Source: Dehalococcoidales bacterium
GTDB lineage: Bacteria > Chloroflexota > Dehalococcoidia > Dehalococcoidales > UBA1222
Length of the DNA stretch: 57,856 nucleotides
Assembly: GCA_016286345.1 (NCBI GenBank)
Contig: JAEESL010000004.1
Coordinates: 1-57,856, forward strand
Reading direction: 5' to 3'
Shown piece after piece: positions 27,418 through 37,225 of this stretch (its first letter is position 1; the number at the start of each line of letters is the position of its first letter). The notes below the pieces were generated by a model. It worked only from the letters and a program-made list of their open reading frames with translations, had not been told where the DNA came from and made no database searches. The translations under genes and the position numbers were made by a program.

Positions 27418-28173
27418 ATGCAGCTTCGATTCCTGGGTGCCCATAATTGTGAAACCAAAGACAAACTTTTACCGGGTTTGCTTCTTGACGGGCATATTGC
27501 ATTCGATTGCGGATCACTCAGCCGTTCCCTTACTGAAGAAGAATTGCTTGCAGTAAAAGATGTCTTTCTGACGCACCGTCATTTTGACCATATAAGGGAT
27601 GTTGTAACTCTTGCAATGACTGATCTTCAGTTCGGCGGTAAGTTTACTATATACGGAAACGAAGAGACTAAAGATGCTATTCAGTCTCATCTTTACAATC
27701 ATTGTCTTTATTCTGATTTTTTCAAAAAAGAAATCGCTTCTTATCACGTGATTGAAAACGGAACCCCGGTGATACTGGAAGACTATTCCGTGACTCCTTA
27801 TGCAGTTAATCATGGAGTCAAATCACATGGCTACCTGGTGGAAAAGGGTGGAAGATCTTTTTTCTATACAGGTGATATTTCATTGAAGAACAATGATACA
27901 TGGAGCCGGATCAAACCTGATGTTCTGATAATTGAAGTGACCTGTGATAATTCATTCACAGCGAAGTTTACCAGTGGTCCGCATCTAACACCGGAACTGC
28001 TGGGAGAAGAACTCAAGGTATTCAGGGAATTCCATGGATACATTCCCGAAGTTTATACAGTGCATATGTCTGCAAACAGGGAAGCGCAGATCAGAACTGA
28101 GATCGAAGATCTGGCCGCAGAACTGAATGCAGAAATCATTGTCGGGCATGAAGATCTAGTAATTGAAGTTTAA
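27418..28173 (+). CDS. metallo-beta-lactamase-fold hydrolase
   Basis: THRHFDH, YTGD; likely start MQLRFLG at 27418. Confidence 0.85.
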   Translation: MQLRFLGAHNCETKDKLLPGLLLDGHIAFDCGSLSRSLTEEELLAVKDVFLTHRHFDHIRDVVTLAMTDLQFGGKFTIYGNEETKDAIQSHLYNHCLYSDFFKKEIASYHVIENGTPVILEDYSVTPYAVNHGVKSHGYLVEKGGRSFFYTGDISLKNNDTWSRIKPDVLIIEVTCDNSFTAKFTSGPHLTPELLGEELKVFREFHGYIPEVYTVHMSANREAQIRTEIEDLAAELNAEIIVGHEDLVIEV

Positions 28174-28179
28174 GCATTT

Positions 28180-28536
28180 ATGGATATCGAAAAGAAGAGA
28201 GAAAACGAAAAGAAGATTGTCGCTGATATGATCATGCTTTACTGCCACGGCAATCACGGGAAAGAACTGTGTGATGTCTGCAGGGAGCTGATTGCTTATA
28301 CCGCTGAAAGAAGTGACAAGTGTCCGTTTATGGAGAACAAAACGTTTTGTTCCAATTGCAGCGTTCATTGCTATAAACCTGAGATGCGGGAAAAGATCCG
28401 TGAGGTAATGCGATACTCAGGCCCGAGAATGATATTCCATCATCCCGTTGCTGCAATAAAACATATGGTATCGACAAGAACTGAAAAGCGCAGATTAAAA
28501 AGAGAAAATAAACATGCTTATGAGGCAAAAGAATAA
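28180..28536 (+). CDS. YgbA-like Cys/His-rich protein (nitrous oxide-stimulated promoter family)
   Basis: MIxLYC..H, KCP, CSNCSVHCYKP, VMRYSGPRM..HHP pattern. Confidence 0.85.
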   Translation: MDIEKKRENEKKIVADMIMLYCHGNHGKELCDVCRELIAYTAERSDKCPFMENKTFCSNCSVHCYKPEMREKIREVMRYSGPRMIFHHPVAAIKHMVSTRTEKRRLKRENKHAYEAKE

Positions 28537-28546
28537 GGAGAATTAA

Positions 28547-28954
28547 ATGAAAAAGTTTCCATTTTTAGCTCTACTATTACTTGTGACAGGTATTGGTCTG
28601 ATCATCTGGTTTTTTGTTTCAGGCGGTGGCCCGTATTCAAAATATACTGAACATGTTACAGGCAAGGTTTATAACTGTGAACAAACGATTCAATCCATAG
28701 GCGAAGACTACTTTGAGTTCGAGGGAACAGTCAAATATACCGTTGATGGCAAGGATTATTCAGCTGACAATGTTATTTTCGGAAGTGATTATTACAACGA
28801 TGGCGAATCTGTTGAGTTGATTTATGAACCCGGTAATCCTTCCAAAGTAGTTACTGCAGATCAGGGAAAGAATCAGTTTCTTTGGGTGGTTATCGGCGGT
28901 GTAGCGATTCTCTTAAGTATCGTACTGTTCTTTAAATGGCTGCGCGGCAATTAA
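28547..28954 (+). CDS. membrane protein, DUF3592-like
   Basis: TM, beta domain (VKYTVDGKDY, YEPGNPSK), TM; AAGGAG RBS. Confidence 0.75.
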   Translation: MKKFPFLALLLLVTGIGLIIWFFVSGGGPYSKYTEHVTGKVYNCEQTIQSIGEDYFEFEGTVKYTVDGKDYSADNVIFGSDYYNDGESVELIYEPGNPSKVVTADQGKNQFLWVVIGGVAILLSIVLFFKWLRGN

Positions 28955-29001
28955 TAATTCATTGATAAGTTTTGCATTTTAACCATGCTGTATGAACCAA
29001 G

Positions 29002-29229
29002 GAAAATGAAACTATATTTTTTGAAACAGAGGATGGAAGTATTACATTACCTGTACAGGTAAATGCAGATACAGTTTGGTTGAATCGAAACCAACTGGCG
29101 GAGCTTTTTGGCAGAGATATTAAAACCATAGGCAAGCATATCGGAAATGCTTTGAGAGAAGAACTTGAGGAATCTGAGGTAGTCGCAAATCTTGCGACTA
29201 CCACTCGACATGGTCATGAATTGTATTGA
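29002..29229 (+). pseudogene. truncated RhuM-family gene remnant
   Basis: Manual translation ENETIFFETEDGSITLPVQVNADTVWLNRNQLAELFGRDIKTIGKHIGNALREEL...VVANLATT resembles the RhuM N-terminus; no in-frame start, early stop. Confidence 0.75.
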
Positions 29230-29328
29230 TTGAAAAAATGACTATGGGTAGTACAATCAGAATCCAGTTGAGATAGATGGCAGAATTGAAATTGGAGTAA
29301 ATAATGATTATGGAGACCTCCATCTCGG

Positions 29329-30279
29329 TTATCGAACCTCGATTCGGATATCGCCCGAATCGGTGCTGATCTCGCATCTTCCTCCGGTGACACTTTTCGG
29401 CACCTCAACCTTGCCGGTGTCTGTCTTTGTAAGGAATACTTTCTCTGTGAGGAGGGTACCTGAGACATCGCCCGTGTCAGTCTGTACGAAGATGGATGCC
29501 GCGTCACTTTCAGAAAATTTTACATCGCCGGTACTCCTTGTGATGGAAATCGCGTCATCGACCACAACATGATCCAGCGTCAGGTCCCCGGTGGTACCTT
29601 CCGAGGTGAGATTTCGGCAGATTATATCCTGTAATTTCACTTCTCCCGTGTCCACATGGATGTACACGTCTCCTGCGCACTCCACAGATTCTGCGCTGAT
29701 CCTTCCGGTCGTCGTTTTAAGATCCATTCTTCCAGCTGTAACAGCCGATACAGTTATATCACCTGTCGTAATAGCAATTTTTATACCGTTTATTGCGGAC
29801 GCATAGCAGGCCACATCCGAAGTATCCCCGTTAATTGTGATGCTGTCAAATGTGAAACCCGTGGGAATATTGATATCTCCCGTATCGGTCTCTATGTGAA
29901 GATCGGAATAAACGCTTTCGGGCAGATAGACCGTGATCTCCGGTTCCTGGACGGAAAAGCCGAAGTGAAAAGAAGGTTTGCGACTCTCAACGCGTTTGAT
30001 CGTGAGCGTTCCGTCCGTCACGGCGACCTCATGCCTGCTGTTTTCTTCCTCGAGGCAGACGACTGTGCATTTCCCGTCTTTGGCGGGCTTGAAAAACACA
30101 TTTTCCGTGGATGCGGTGACAGATATGCAGAGGAAACTTTCACCGACCGTGTAGGTGTTGGTTTCGTATTTTCCGTTGTCCAGTTTTTTGAAATCGAAAT
30201 GCATGATTGCGGCTGCTGCAAAGCAGATGATTGCACCAACCATGATTATCGCAACAGCGGTGATGATCCACTTTTTCAT
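29329..30279 (-). CDS. DUF4097/Toastrack beta-strand repeat protein
   Basis: N-terminal TM, repeated TxTGDI/V strands. Confidence 0.88.
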   Translation of the reverse strand: MKKWIITAVAIIMVGAIICFAAAAIMHFDFKKLDNGKYETNTYTVGESFLCISVTASTENVFFKPAKDGKCTVVCLEEENSRHEVAVTDGTLTIKRVESRKPSFHFGFSVQEPEITVYLPESVYSDLHIETDTGDINIPTGFTFDSITINGDTSDVACYASAINGIKIAITTGDITVSAVTAGRMDLKTTTGRISAESVECAGDVYIHVDTGEVKLQDIICRNLTSEGTTGDLTLDHVVVDDAISITRSTGDVKFSESDAASIFVQTDTGDVSGTLLTEKVFLTKTDTGKVEVPKSVTGGRCEISTDSGDIRIEVR

Positions 30280-30881
30280 CGTTCAGTGTTCTCCCTTCCT
30301 ATAAACATCGTCTTGACGCCTAAAAGTATTTTTTTAGTAAGCCGCAGCAGACCCCTCGACAATTCCAGGCAGCCGAAAAACAGAAGGATCGCAAGCCCGG
30401 CACAGACTAACGCAATGCCCAACATAAAAGCCCCTCCGGCCGGATTGCCTCTTATCAGGTCGAAGACGGCCATGAACAGACCGCCGACAGCGCTGACCGC
30501 AAGCGAAAGATCTACTGCCCAAAGGCTGCTCAGCACCGCCCATAATACGATGTAAAGCGAGAGGCAAACCGCGAAAGCGGCAATCAGCAGAGAAAGCCAT
30601 ACCGGCGAACCTAGCACTAACAAAAGAATCTCCCAGGCTTTCAGACCGCGCCTTTGCTGTATTTTTTCCTTTACGAGCCTTGAGAGCGGCGTCTCTGCCA
30701 TGATTTGCTCAACGATCTCATCCACGGAAGCGATCCCAGCGACAGCCTCCTCTTCCGTCAGACCATCCTCTATCCGATCGTCGATCATCTCGCTGTAAAA
30801 CAGGAGACGCTCATCCATATCACTTTGCGGTAATCCCGATAGCCGCCTCTTGAGTTCTTCCAAAAACTGAGTTTTATCCAT
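30276..30881 (-). CDS. DUF1700 (HAAS domain) membrane protein
   Basis: MDKTQFLEELKRRLSGLP..YSEMIDDRIEDGLTEEEAV followed by TMs. Confidence 0.9.
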   Translation of the reverse strand: MDKTQFLEELKRRLSGLPQSDMDERLLFYSEMIDDRIEDGLTEEEAVAGIASVDEIVEQIMAETPLSRLVKEKIQQRRGLKAWEILLLVLGSPVWLSLLIAAFAVCLSLYIVLWAVLSSLWAVDLSLAVSAVGGLFMAVFDLIRGNPAGGAFMLGIALVCAGLAILLFFGCLELSRGLLRLTKKILLGVKTMFIGRENTER

Positions 30882-31194
30882 TCAAGTTGTCCTCCTTGGT
30901 AATGAACCTATATATGGATATGATCTCTTTCCAGTCGTCCCTGAATTCATCCAGGCGGTTCAGCCCCAGTTTTGTGATGTGATAGTATTTGCGAAGCCGA
31001 CCATCGTGTTCCGCCGTCCGAACTGTGAGCATCTCCGCGGATTCCAGTCGCTTCAGGATGGTGTACAGGGTGGATTCTGACAGTTCCAGATAGGGCTTCA
31101 TGTCTTTAATGATTTTATACCCATAGGAATCTTCGTCTTTGATCGCGGCAAGCACACAAACATCCAACAGACCGCGTTTCAGTTGAATATCCAT
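30874..31194 (-). CDS. PadR family transcriptional regulator
   Basis: QLKRGLLD, SYGY, ESTLYTILKRL, GRLRKYY; GGGAGG RBS. Confidence 0.94.
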   Translation of the reverse strand: MDIQLKRGLLDVCVLAAIKDEDSYGYKIIKDMKPYLELSESTLYTILKRLESAEMLTVRTAEHDGRLRKYYHITKLGLNRLDEFRDDWKEIISIYRFITKEDNLNG

Positions 31195-31214
31195 ATAATA
31201 CCTCCCTTAACGCT

Positions 31215-31247
31215 ATACATCGTAACACGAAGTATTATCGTTATCAA
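31215..31247 (-). promoter_or_regulatory. padR promoter with overlapping inverted repeat (probable PadR operator)
   Basis: -35 TTGATA, 17 nt, -10 TACGAT; ATACATCG-TAACA-CGAAGTAT inverted repeat (one mismatch) covers the -10. Confidence 0.6.
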
Positions 31248-31512
31248 GGCTCACTTTGAAAATAATGACAACTCCAAAAAGGAAAAACGGCTCTCCGCTG
31301 TTTGCCATATATTCCTGTATGAGAGGTTTTTAGCGTTATTGAAAAAATGCTTGGATAACTATATAATTCATGCGTTTTTTAAATTTTCTTTGATTATTTA
31401 GAAAAAATTGTTTTATTTTTAAATTTTTTTGTAGTTTCTTGTAGATTTTTATTAAATTTAATGTTATAGTTATCGCACTTTATAAAGTACGGTAGCTATG
31501 GAAGGAAAGACA

Positions 31513-32511
31513 ATGCTTGTTTCCTGGATGACAACAAACAAATGTAATCTTAAATGCAAACACTGTTATCAGAATGCCAAGGAAAAGTATGATGACGAGC
31601 TTACGACAAATGAAGCTAAAGAAATGATCGACGGCATCGCAAGAGCCGGATTTAAGATCATGATCTTCAGCGGAGGTGAACCGCTTCTCAGACCTGATAT
31701 TTTTGAACTTGTGTCGTATGCTGCATCCAAAGGACTCAGACCTGTTTTCGGCAGCAACGGAATGCTTATCACCAAGGACATTGCTATCAAGCTTAAACAA
31801 GCCGGAGCTTTGGCTATGGGTATAAGTATCGATAGTGCTGACCGTGAAAAGCATGATGAGTTCAGAGGTGTGCCGGGTGCTTTTGAAAAAACGCTTCAGG
31901 GCATACAGAACTGCAAAGAAGTCGGACTGCCTTTCCAGATTCACACAACAGTGCTTGAATGGAACAAAAAAGAGATTCCTGAGATTATTGATTTGGCTGT
32001 TGACCTGGGAGCAATGGCATCATACATTTTCTTCCTGATCCCGGTAGGAAGAGGACTTTATCTTGAAGATGATGCAGTCGGTGTCATGGAAAATGAAGAA
32101 CTTCTCCGAACTATTATGACTAAACAACAGTCGATACCCATTCCAATCAAGCCTACGTGTGCACCTCAGTTCACACGTATAGCAAAACAGCTCGGTATCA
32201 AACTTGATCCCAGATTCAGCAGAGGATGTCTTGCTGGTCTTACATATGCAATTATCAGTCCCAATGGTGTAGTCCGACCCTGCGCCTACATGACTGAACA
32301 GGCTGGAAATGTAAGAGAGCAGACCTTTGATGAGATCTGGAAGACAAGCCCCGTCTTTAATAAACTCAGAACGAAAGCATATTCCGGAACATGCGGAAAA
32401 TGTGACTACAACGATATCTGCGGAGGATGTCGTGCTCGTGCTGCCTATTATCATGACGGTGATATCCTTGCTGAAGACAGCTATTGCGCTTACGGAAGAA
32501 ATCTAATCTAG
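31513..32511 (+). CDS. ahbD: radical SAM/SPASM heme b synthase AhbD (NirJ2-like)
   Basis: CNLKCKHC, FSGGEPL, KPTCAPQF, GCLAG, CGKC..C..GGCRARA; length fits NirJ2/AhbD rather than AhbC; AAGGA RBS favours ATG 31513. Confidence 0.75.
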   Translation: MLVSWMTTNKCNLKCKHCYQNAKEKYDDELTTNEAKEMIDGIARAGFKIMIFSGGEPLLRPDIFELVSYAASKGLRPVFGSNGMLITKDIAIKLKQAGALAMGISIDSADREKHDEFRGVPGAFEKTLQGIQNCKEVGLPFQIHTTVLEWNKKEIPEIIDLAVDLGAMASYIFFLIPVGRGLYLEDDAVGVMENEELLRTIMTKQQSIPIPIKPTCAPQFTRIAKQLGIKLDPRFSRGCLAGLTYAIISPNGVVRPCAYMTEQAGNVREQTFDEIWKTSPVFNKLRTKAYSGTCGKCDYNDICGGCRARAAYYHDGDILAEDSYCAYGRNLI

Positions 32512-32526
32512 CAAGGAATTAAATAG

Positions 32527-33507
32527 ATGAAAACAAAATTGTTATCTTTTGCCATGATGGCATTGGTACTCGTTTCCTGTTTCATGTCCGCCTGTACAAA
32601 CAAGAATACAACAACAACTGATACTCCTGATCCCACTCCTGTTTCCCGGGAATATACATTTACTGATGATCTCGGAAGAAGTGTTACTGTAAACAATCCT
32701 CAGCGGGTTGTTACGGTAATGGGTAGCTTTGCTGAAATCTATGCTTTGGCAGGTGGCGCAGAAACAATCGTTGGTTCAACCGATGATACGATTGATACCA
32801 GAGATCTTGGTATCCCCAGTGATGTTGCCAAAATCGGCAGCTATTTGAAACCTAATGTTGAAGCAATTATCGCCCTTAATCCTGATCTGGTCATCCTGAC
32901 CTCTTCCACAGCAGATACTGTTGCTGCCGATCAGAAGACATACAGTGATCTTTTCAGTGATGCCGGCATTAATACTGCATACTTTACAGTTACTCATTTC
33001 CCTGACTACTTACACATGTTAAAGATTTGTACAGATATTACCGGCAAAACCGATGCGTACAAGAAATATGGTCTTGATGTTCAGGAAAGAGTCAATAAAA
33101 TCATTGCGGATAACAAAGTTTCCGGTTCACCCACCTATATGCTGTTGATTACTTACTCTGCAGGTATCCGACCTCAGCAGACATCTTCAATGACAGGTAA
33201 CATGCTTACTGAACTTGGTGCACATAACATTATCGATGATCATCCCAGCTATTTGAGACAGCTCAGTATGGAAATGGTTCTTGAAGAAGATCCTGACTAC
33301 CTGTTTGTTATTGCAATGGGTAATGACAGTGAAGCAATGGAGAAAGCTCTGAAGGATAATATTACAAGCCAGCCCGCTTTCAACAGCTTGACTTGTGTTA
33401 AGGAAGGCCGATATCATGTTCTTCCATATGACACATTTATGTTCAAACCTAACGATAAATGGGATGAAGCATATCAGTATCTAGCGGACATTTTGAATGG
33501 AAAATAA
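32527..33507 (+). CDS. iron-chelate/heme/cobalamin-type ABC substrate-binding lipoprotein
   Basis: Lipobox MSA-C; FTDDLGRSV, PQRVV, PNVEAIIALNPDLVI. Confidence 0.9.
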   Translation: MKTKLLSFAMMALVLVSCFMSACTNKNTTTTDTPDPTPVSREYTFTDDLGRSVTVNNPQRVVTVMGSFAEIYALAGGAETIVGSTDDTIDTRDLGIPSDVAKIGSYLKPNVEAIIALNPDLVILTSSTADTVAADQKTYSDLFSDAGINTAYFTVTHFPDYLHMLKICTDITGKTDAYKKYGLDVQERVNKIIADNKVSGSPTYMLLITYSAGIRPQQTSSMTGNMLTELGAHNIIDDHPSYLRQLSMEMVLEEDPDYLFVIAMGNDSEAMEKALKDNITSQPAFNSLTCVKEGRYHVLPYDTFMFKPNDKWDEAYQYLADILNGK

Positions 33508-34507
33508 TCCAAGACATTTTCGGGCATCACATGTTCTTATTATTGCAATTGTTCTTTGTTTCGTTGCTGTGGTGCTCGGAGTTTGCCTTGGTGCTATAAA
33601 GGTTTCACCTCTGGATTTTTTGCAGGACTGGATGAGTGGCAATAAGACATCCACGGCCTACAGAATTGTGATGTATACAAGAATCCCCAGAGTGTTCGGT
33701 GCGCTCCTTGCCGGATGTTCACTGGCTGTTGCCGGTGCAATTCTGCAGGCAGTGCTTCAGAACCCGTTAGCAAGTCCTAATGTAATTGGTATAAATTCCG
33801 GAGCAGGCCTGTTCGTACTGGTCTGCTCCTCATTTTTCCCTGCCCAGTTCGGTTGGATTTCATTTGCTGCATTTCTCGGGGCACTGTTTACGGCAATGTT
33901 TGTCTATGTCCTTTCAGCAGGAATCAATTCATCCAAGGCAACATTGATCCTTACCGGTATTGCTGTGACAAGCGTATTAGGCGCAGGAATGAACCTGATC
34001 CTTATTATTGATCCTGATGCATATGTCGGTGCCAGCAATTTCCTTGTCGGCGGATTCCAGACAATTACGATGAAGCAGCTGGGTTTTCCTGTCTTTTATA
34101 TCATTGCCGGGCTTATTCTTGCGATGTTCCTGAGACAGGATCTGAATGTTATCGGACTCGGTGATTCAAAGGCTCAGTCTCTTGGTATGAATGTACCTCT
34201 TGTCAGATTTGTCATGATAATGACTGCGGCACTGTTGGCCGGAGCTGCTGTAAGTTTTGCGGGTCTGATCGGATTTATCGGCCTTATCGTTCCTCATGCA
34301 ATCAGATTTTTAATAGGGAATGACAATAAATGGGTCATTCCTATCTGTGCTTTCGGAGGCGCAGCCTTCACTGTGCTGTGTGATCTTTTTGCAAGGACAG
34401 CATTTGCTCCTTATGAAATACCTGCAGGCATTATTCTTGCCTTGCTTGGCGGTCCGTTCTTCATCTTCCTGGTATTGAAGAACAGAAAAAAGGTGAGAAA
34501 TGATTAA
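33497..34507 (+). CDS. FecCD/BtuC-family ABC permease
   Basis: RIPR, QNPLASP, GLIGFIGLIVPH, GGPFF. Confidence 0.93.
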   Translation: MENNPRHFRASHVLIIAIVLCFVAVVLGVCLGAIKVSPLDFLQDWMSGNKTSTAYRIVMYTRIPRVFGALLAGCSLAVAGAILQAVLQNPLASPNVIGINSGAGLFVLVCSSFFPAQFGWISFAAFLGALFTAMFVYVLSAGINSSKATLILTGIAVTSVLGAGMNLILIIDPDAYVGASNFLVGGFQTITMKQLGFPVFYIIAGLILAMFLRQDLNVIGLGDSKAQSLGMNVPLVRFVMIMTAALLAGAAVSFAGLIGFIGLIVPHAIRFLIGNDNKWVIPICAFGGAAFTVLCDLFARTAFAPYEIPAGIILALLGGPFFIFLVLKNRKKVRND

Positions 34508-35267
34508 CGTAGATAATGTTTCTTTTTCTTATAACGAAAAGGTTCAGATTATCCGCGATGTTACCACTGAGATAGAGGATAAAAAGATCACCACTATCCT
34601 CGGACACAATGGCTGTGGAAAAACCACACTGCTGAAACTGATTGCTCATCTTATTCGTCCGCAGGCAGGCTCTATTTCGCTTGACGGCAAGGATGTCTCT
34701 GAGTTTTCAAATAAGAACCTTGCCAAACGTATTGCATTGCTTGCACAGAAGGATTATTCATCTGATATTACTGTTGAACAGCTGGTAAGTTTCGGAAGAT
34801 ATCCTTATCAGCGTTATGGTATGGGTCTGTCCCAGAAAGATAAGGACAGGGTGGATTATGCTCTCAGAGAAATACATATTGAGCAGTTCAGAAACAACAG
34901 CATTCTTCATCTGTCAGGCGGCCAGAAACAAAAGGTCTATATTGCACTGGCTCTTGCTCAGGATACCGATATTATTATTCTCGATGAACCGACTACATAT
35001 CTTGATATCAATGTCAGGTTTGAGATCATGGATCTTGTGAAACGCCTGAATCAGTCAGGCAAGACTATCGTGATGGTGTTGCATGATCTTGATTTAGCTT
35101 TGGAATACTCAGATAACATTATTCTTATGGATCAGGGAAGGATCGTGATACAGGGGCCTAAACAAGAAGTAATTGAATCAAAAATGATTGAAAAGATTTT
35201 CAATGTGGAACTTTATCCGATCAATTACAAGGGCAAGACTGTTTATCACTTTATGAGAAACGACTAG
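34500..35267 (+). CDS. FecE/BtuD-like ABC ATPase
   Basis: GHNGCGKTT, LSGGQKQ, LDEPTTYLD, VLHDL. Confidence 0.93.
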   Translation: MINVDNVSFSYNEKVQIIRDVTTEIEDKKITTILGHNGCGKTTLLKLIAHLIRPQAGSISLDGKDVSEFSNKNLAKRIALLAQKDYSSDITVEQLVSFGRYPYQRYGMGLSQKDKDRVDYALREIHIEQFRNNSILHLSGGQKQKVYIALALAQDTDIIILDEPTTYLDINVRFEIMDLVKRLNQSGKTIVMVLHDLDLALEYSDNIILMDQGRIVIQGPKQEVIESKMIEKIFNVELYPINYKGKTVYHFMRND

Positions 35268-35614
35268 TCGTTATCTTCCTTTTCAGATTTGTTTTTCTCT
35301 TCCAGTTCATTGAATTTAGCCAGCAATTCATCTTTGTTTTCAACCAGATACTTAAATGTGGTCATCATTATATACACTCTCGCTTCATAGCTCTTGAAAA
35401 TGAAATAAGACGGTATGAGTGATATTCCGATTGAAAGCATTATGTAATGAATTATTGTCGGAAAATCAAACCTGAATGCCAGAAAGGCACTCCCGAAGAC
35501 AATTACTGACTCAATGATAAGATGAGTTGTGACAATGATGAAGTTTTCTCTGTTGACGTAATTGTTCGGATCTTCAATGTCTTTTTTCGTGAAAGCGAAA
35601 TCTATTTTCTTCAT
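35264..35614 (-). CDS. hypothetical membrane protein
   Basis: 116 aa ORF with two hydrophobic segments. Confidence 0.6.
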   Translation of the reverse strand: MKKIDFAFTKKDIEDPNNYVNRENFIIVTTHLIIESVIVFGSAFLAFRFDFPTIIHYIMLSIGISLIPSYFIFKSYEARVYIMMTTFKYLVENKDELLAKFNELEEKNKSEKEDND

Positions 35615-35673
35615 GGCTTTTCCCAGGCTTATTATCCGTTTTTTGAGGTATTAATTACAATAGCTTTGTAATT

Positions 35674-35709
35674 AAAAAAGCCGTTCCGACAAATATATCA
35701 GAACGGCTT
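35674..35709 (-). terminator. intrinsic terminator after the MFS gene
   Basis: AAAAAAGCCGTTC...GAACGGCTT stem with U-tract on the minus strand. Confidence 0.7.
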
Positions 35710-35730
35710 GAATAAGTCAGTGATAAGGTT

Positions 35731-36990
35731 CTATACGAATTTTGTTGTTCTCTTTGAAGCTGCAACGATCTGAACACTGATGAAAAGTGCGACCAGATAG
35801 AGGACTAATGTCGCAATCAGGATATAGTCGTATTTCATATTTGTGCTCTCGAGAATAATCTCTGACATATTGTTTCCTGTAAGACCGGCAACTGCCCATG
35901 CTGATAATGTAAGACCGTGGATCTTACTGATCTTGTCCATACCGAAACGGGCCTGCAGAAGTGCGGGCAGGGTGGAGAAACCGCCGCCGTATCCGGCGTT
36001 GACGATGAGAAGCAGTGCAATGACGATGATTCCGAAGATGAGTGACTTGGGTCCGTTGGTGATTGCAAACGTTGCCAGAGCAATTGCGGTGATTACTACA
36101 GAGCTGGTGAAGATGATCTTGTAAACAGTGTCACGGTCCTTCATGCCGTCTGATATTGTTGAATAACCGATTCGGCCGAGGGCGTTGAAAGCTGCTGTTA
36201 CTGAAGGAACAATGCTGACAAGAGCTGCAATCGTAGCTGCAGAAGATGCAGCAAATGCAGTTCTTACAATCTGTTTTTCATAAGTAATGAGGGCAAGACC
36301 GCAGTGGATATTGAGGAAGAACATGATCCATATACCGACATAAACGGGATCTTTGAACATTGAAAGGACATGGAATGAGCCTTTGACATCTGCAGGTTCA
36401 ACCCATCCTTCAGGTTTTTTGATGAGGAAATGACCGAGCATCATCATGGCAAAATAAACAGCACCGAGGATATAGAACATGGCAGAGATACCGAAACTAT
36501 TCTGAAGTGCTTCCATGATTGGGGTGGCAATAGCCTTTGCCAGACCGAAGCCCATGATAGAAATACCGGTTGCAAGACCTTTTCTCTTATCAAACCAGAG
36601 CATGAGTGTTTTGACAGGAGTCAGATAGCCGATACCAAGGCCGATACCCATAATGCAGCCGTATGATAAAAGAATACATACCAAAGCAAGAGGACCGGTC
36701 AGGAACTGGATCGACAGACCAGTGCCGATCATACCGGCAGTGAAACATAAACATGCGATGAGAGAGGATTTCTTGATGTCTCTCTCGACCATTCTGCCTG
36801 CGAACGCAGCAGACATACCGAGGAAGAAAATTGCCAGTGAGAATGCCCATCCCACTGCAAATGTGCTCATACCGATTTTAGTAGCGATTGCTTCTTTGAA
36901 TGTTGACCAGCAGTATACGGTGCCGATTGAACAATGAATCAGCAAGGCAGGAACTGCAGCCCGCATCCATTTGTTGTTTAGCCAGGTCAT
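35731..36990 (-). CDS. MFS transporter, oxalate:formate antiporter (OFA) family
   Basis: IGTVYCWS, GIGLGIGYLTPVKTLMLWF..RKGLATG, YGGGFS; GGAGG RBS before ATG 36990. Confidence 0.9.
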   Translation of the reverse strand: MTWLNNKWMRAAVPALLIHCSIGTVYCWSTFKEAIATKIGMSTFAVGWAFSLAIFFLGMSAAFAGRMVERDIKKSSLIACLCFTAGMIGTGLSIQFLTGPLALVCILLSYGCIMGIGLGIGYLTPVKTLMLWFDKRKGLATGISIMGFGLAKAIATPIMEALQNSFGISAMFYILGAVYFAMMMLGHFLIKKPEGWVEPADVKGSFHVLSMFKDPVYVGIWIMFFLNIHCGLALITYEKQIVRTAFAASSAATIAALVSIVPSVTAAFNALGRIGYSTISDGMKDRDTVYKIIFTSSVVITAIALATFAITNGPKSLIFGIIVIALLLIVNAGYGGGFSTLPALLQARFGMDKISKIHGLTLSAWAVAGLTGNNMSEIILESTNMKYDYILIATLVLYLVALFISVQIVAASKRTTKFV

Positions 36991-37018
36991 ATGCGCTTTA
37001 CCTCCGGACTTAATATTT

Positions 37019-37101
37019 TGCCCAGACGGTCGGCACATACCGCAGAAGATCTGTGGACGCCTATCGCACTGTGTTAAATCACATAATCCGTCAGCGATAG
37101 G
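37019..37101 (-). ncRNA. ZMP/ZTP (pfl) riboswitch candidate
   Basis: P1 CCUAUCGC/GCGAUAGG, junction CUGACGGA, P2 UGUG/CACA, 3' hairpin GCCGACCGUCUGGGCA with GACGG:CCGUC pseudoknot complementarity. Confidence 0.8.
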
Positions 37102-37118
37102 TGAATTTGATGCTAGGC

Positions 37119-37127
37119 ATTATAACA
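37119..37127 (-). promoter_or_regulatory. extended -10 promoter for the riboswitch-OFA transcript
   Basis: TGTTATAAT about 18 nt upstream of the aptamer. Confidence 0.65.
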
Positions 37128-37225
37128 TAATAAAAAATAACAGACCAAACTATTCTTGTGCCTAGACATCACTTTTTTTGATTTTTTGTTATTCAATATC
37201 TTGTAGTTATGATAGAATTTTTCAT

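Noticed and set aside
29656-30555. 299-aa plus-strand ORF
   Set aside because: Antisense shadow of the DUF4097 and DUF1700 genes with no motif
31260-31500. Cobalamin riboswitch or Fur box upstream of the ahbD-ABC operon
   Set aside because: Region is very AT-rich with no B12-box or GATAAT hexamer array visible
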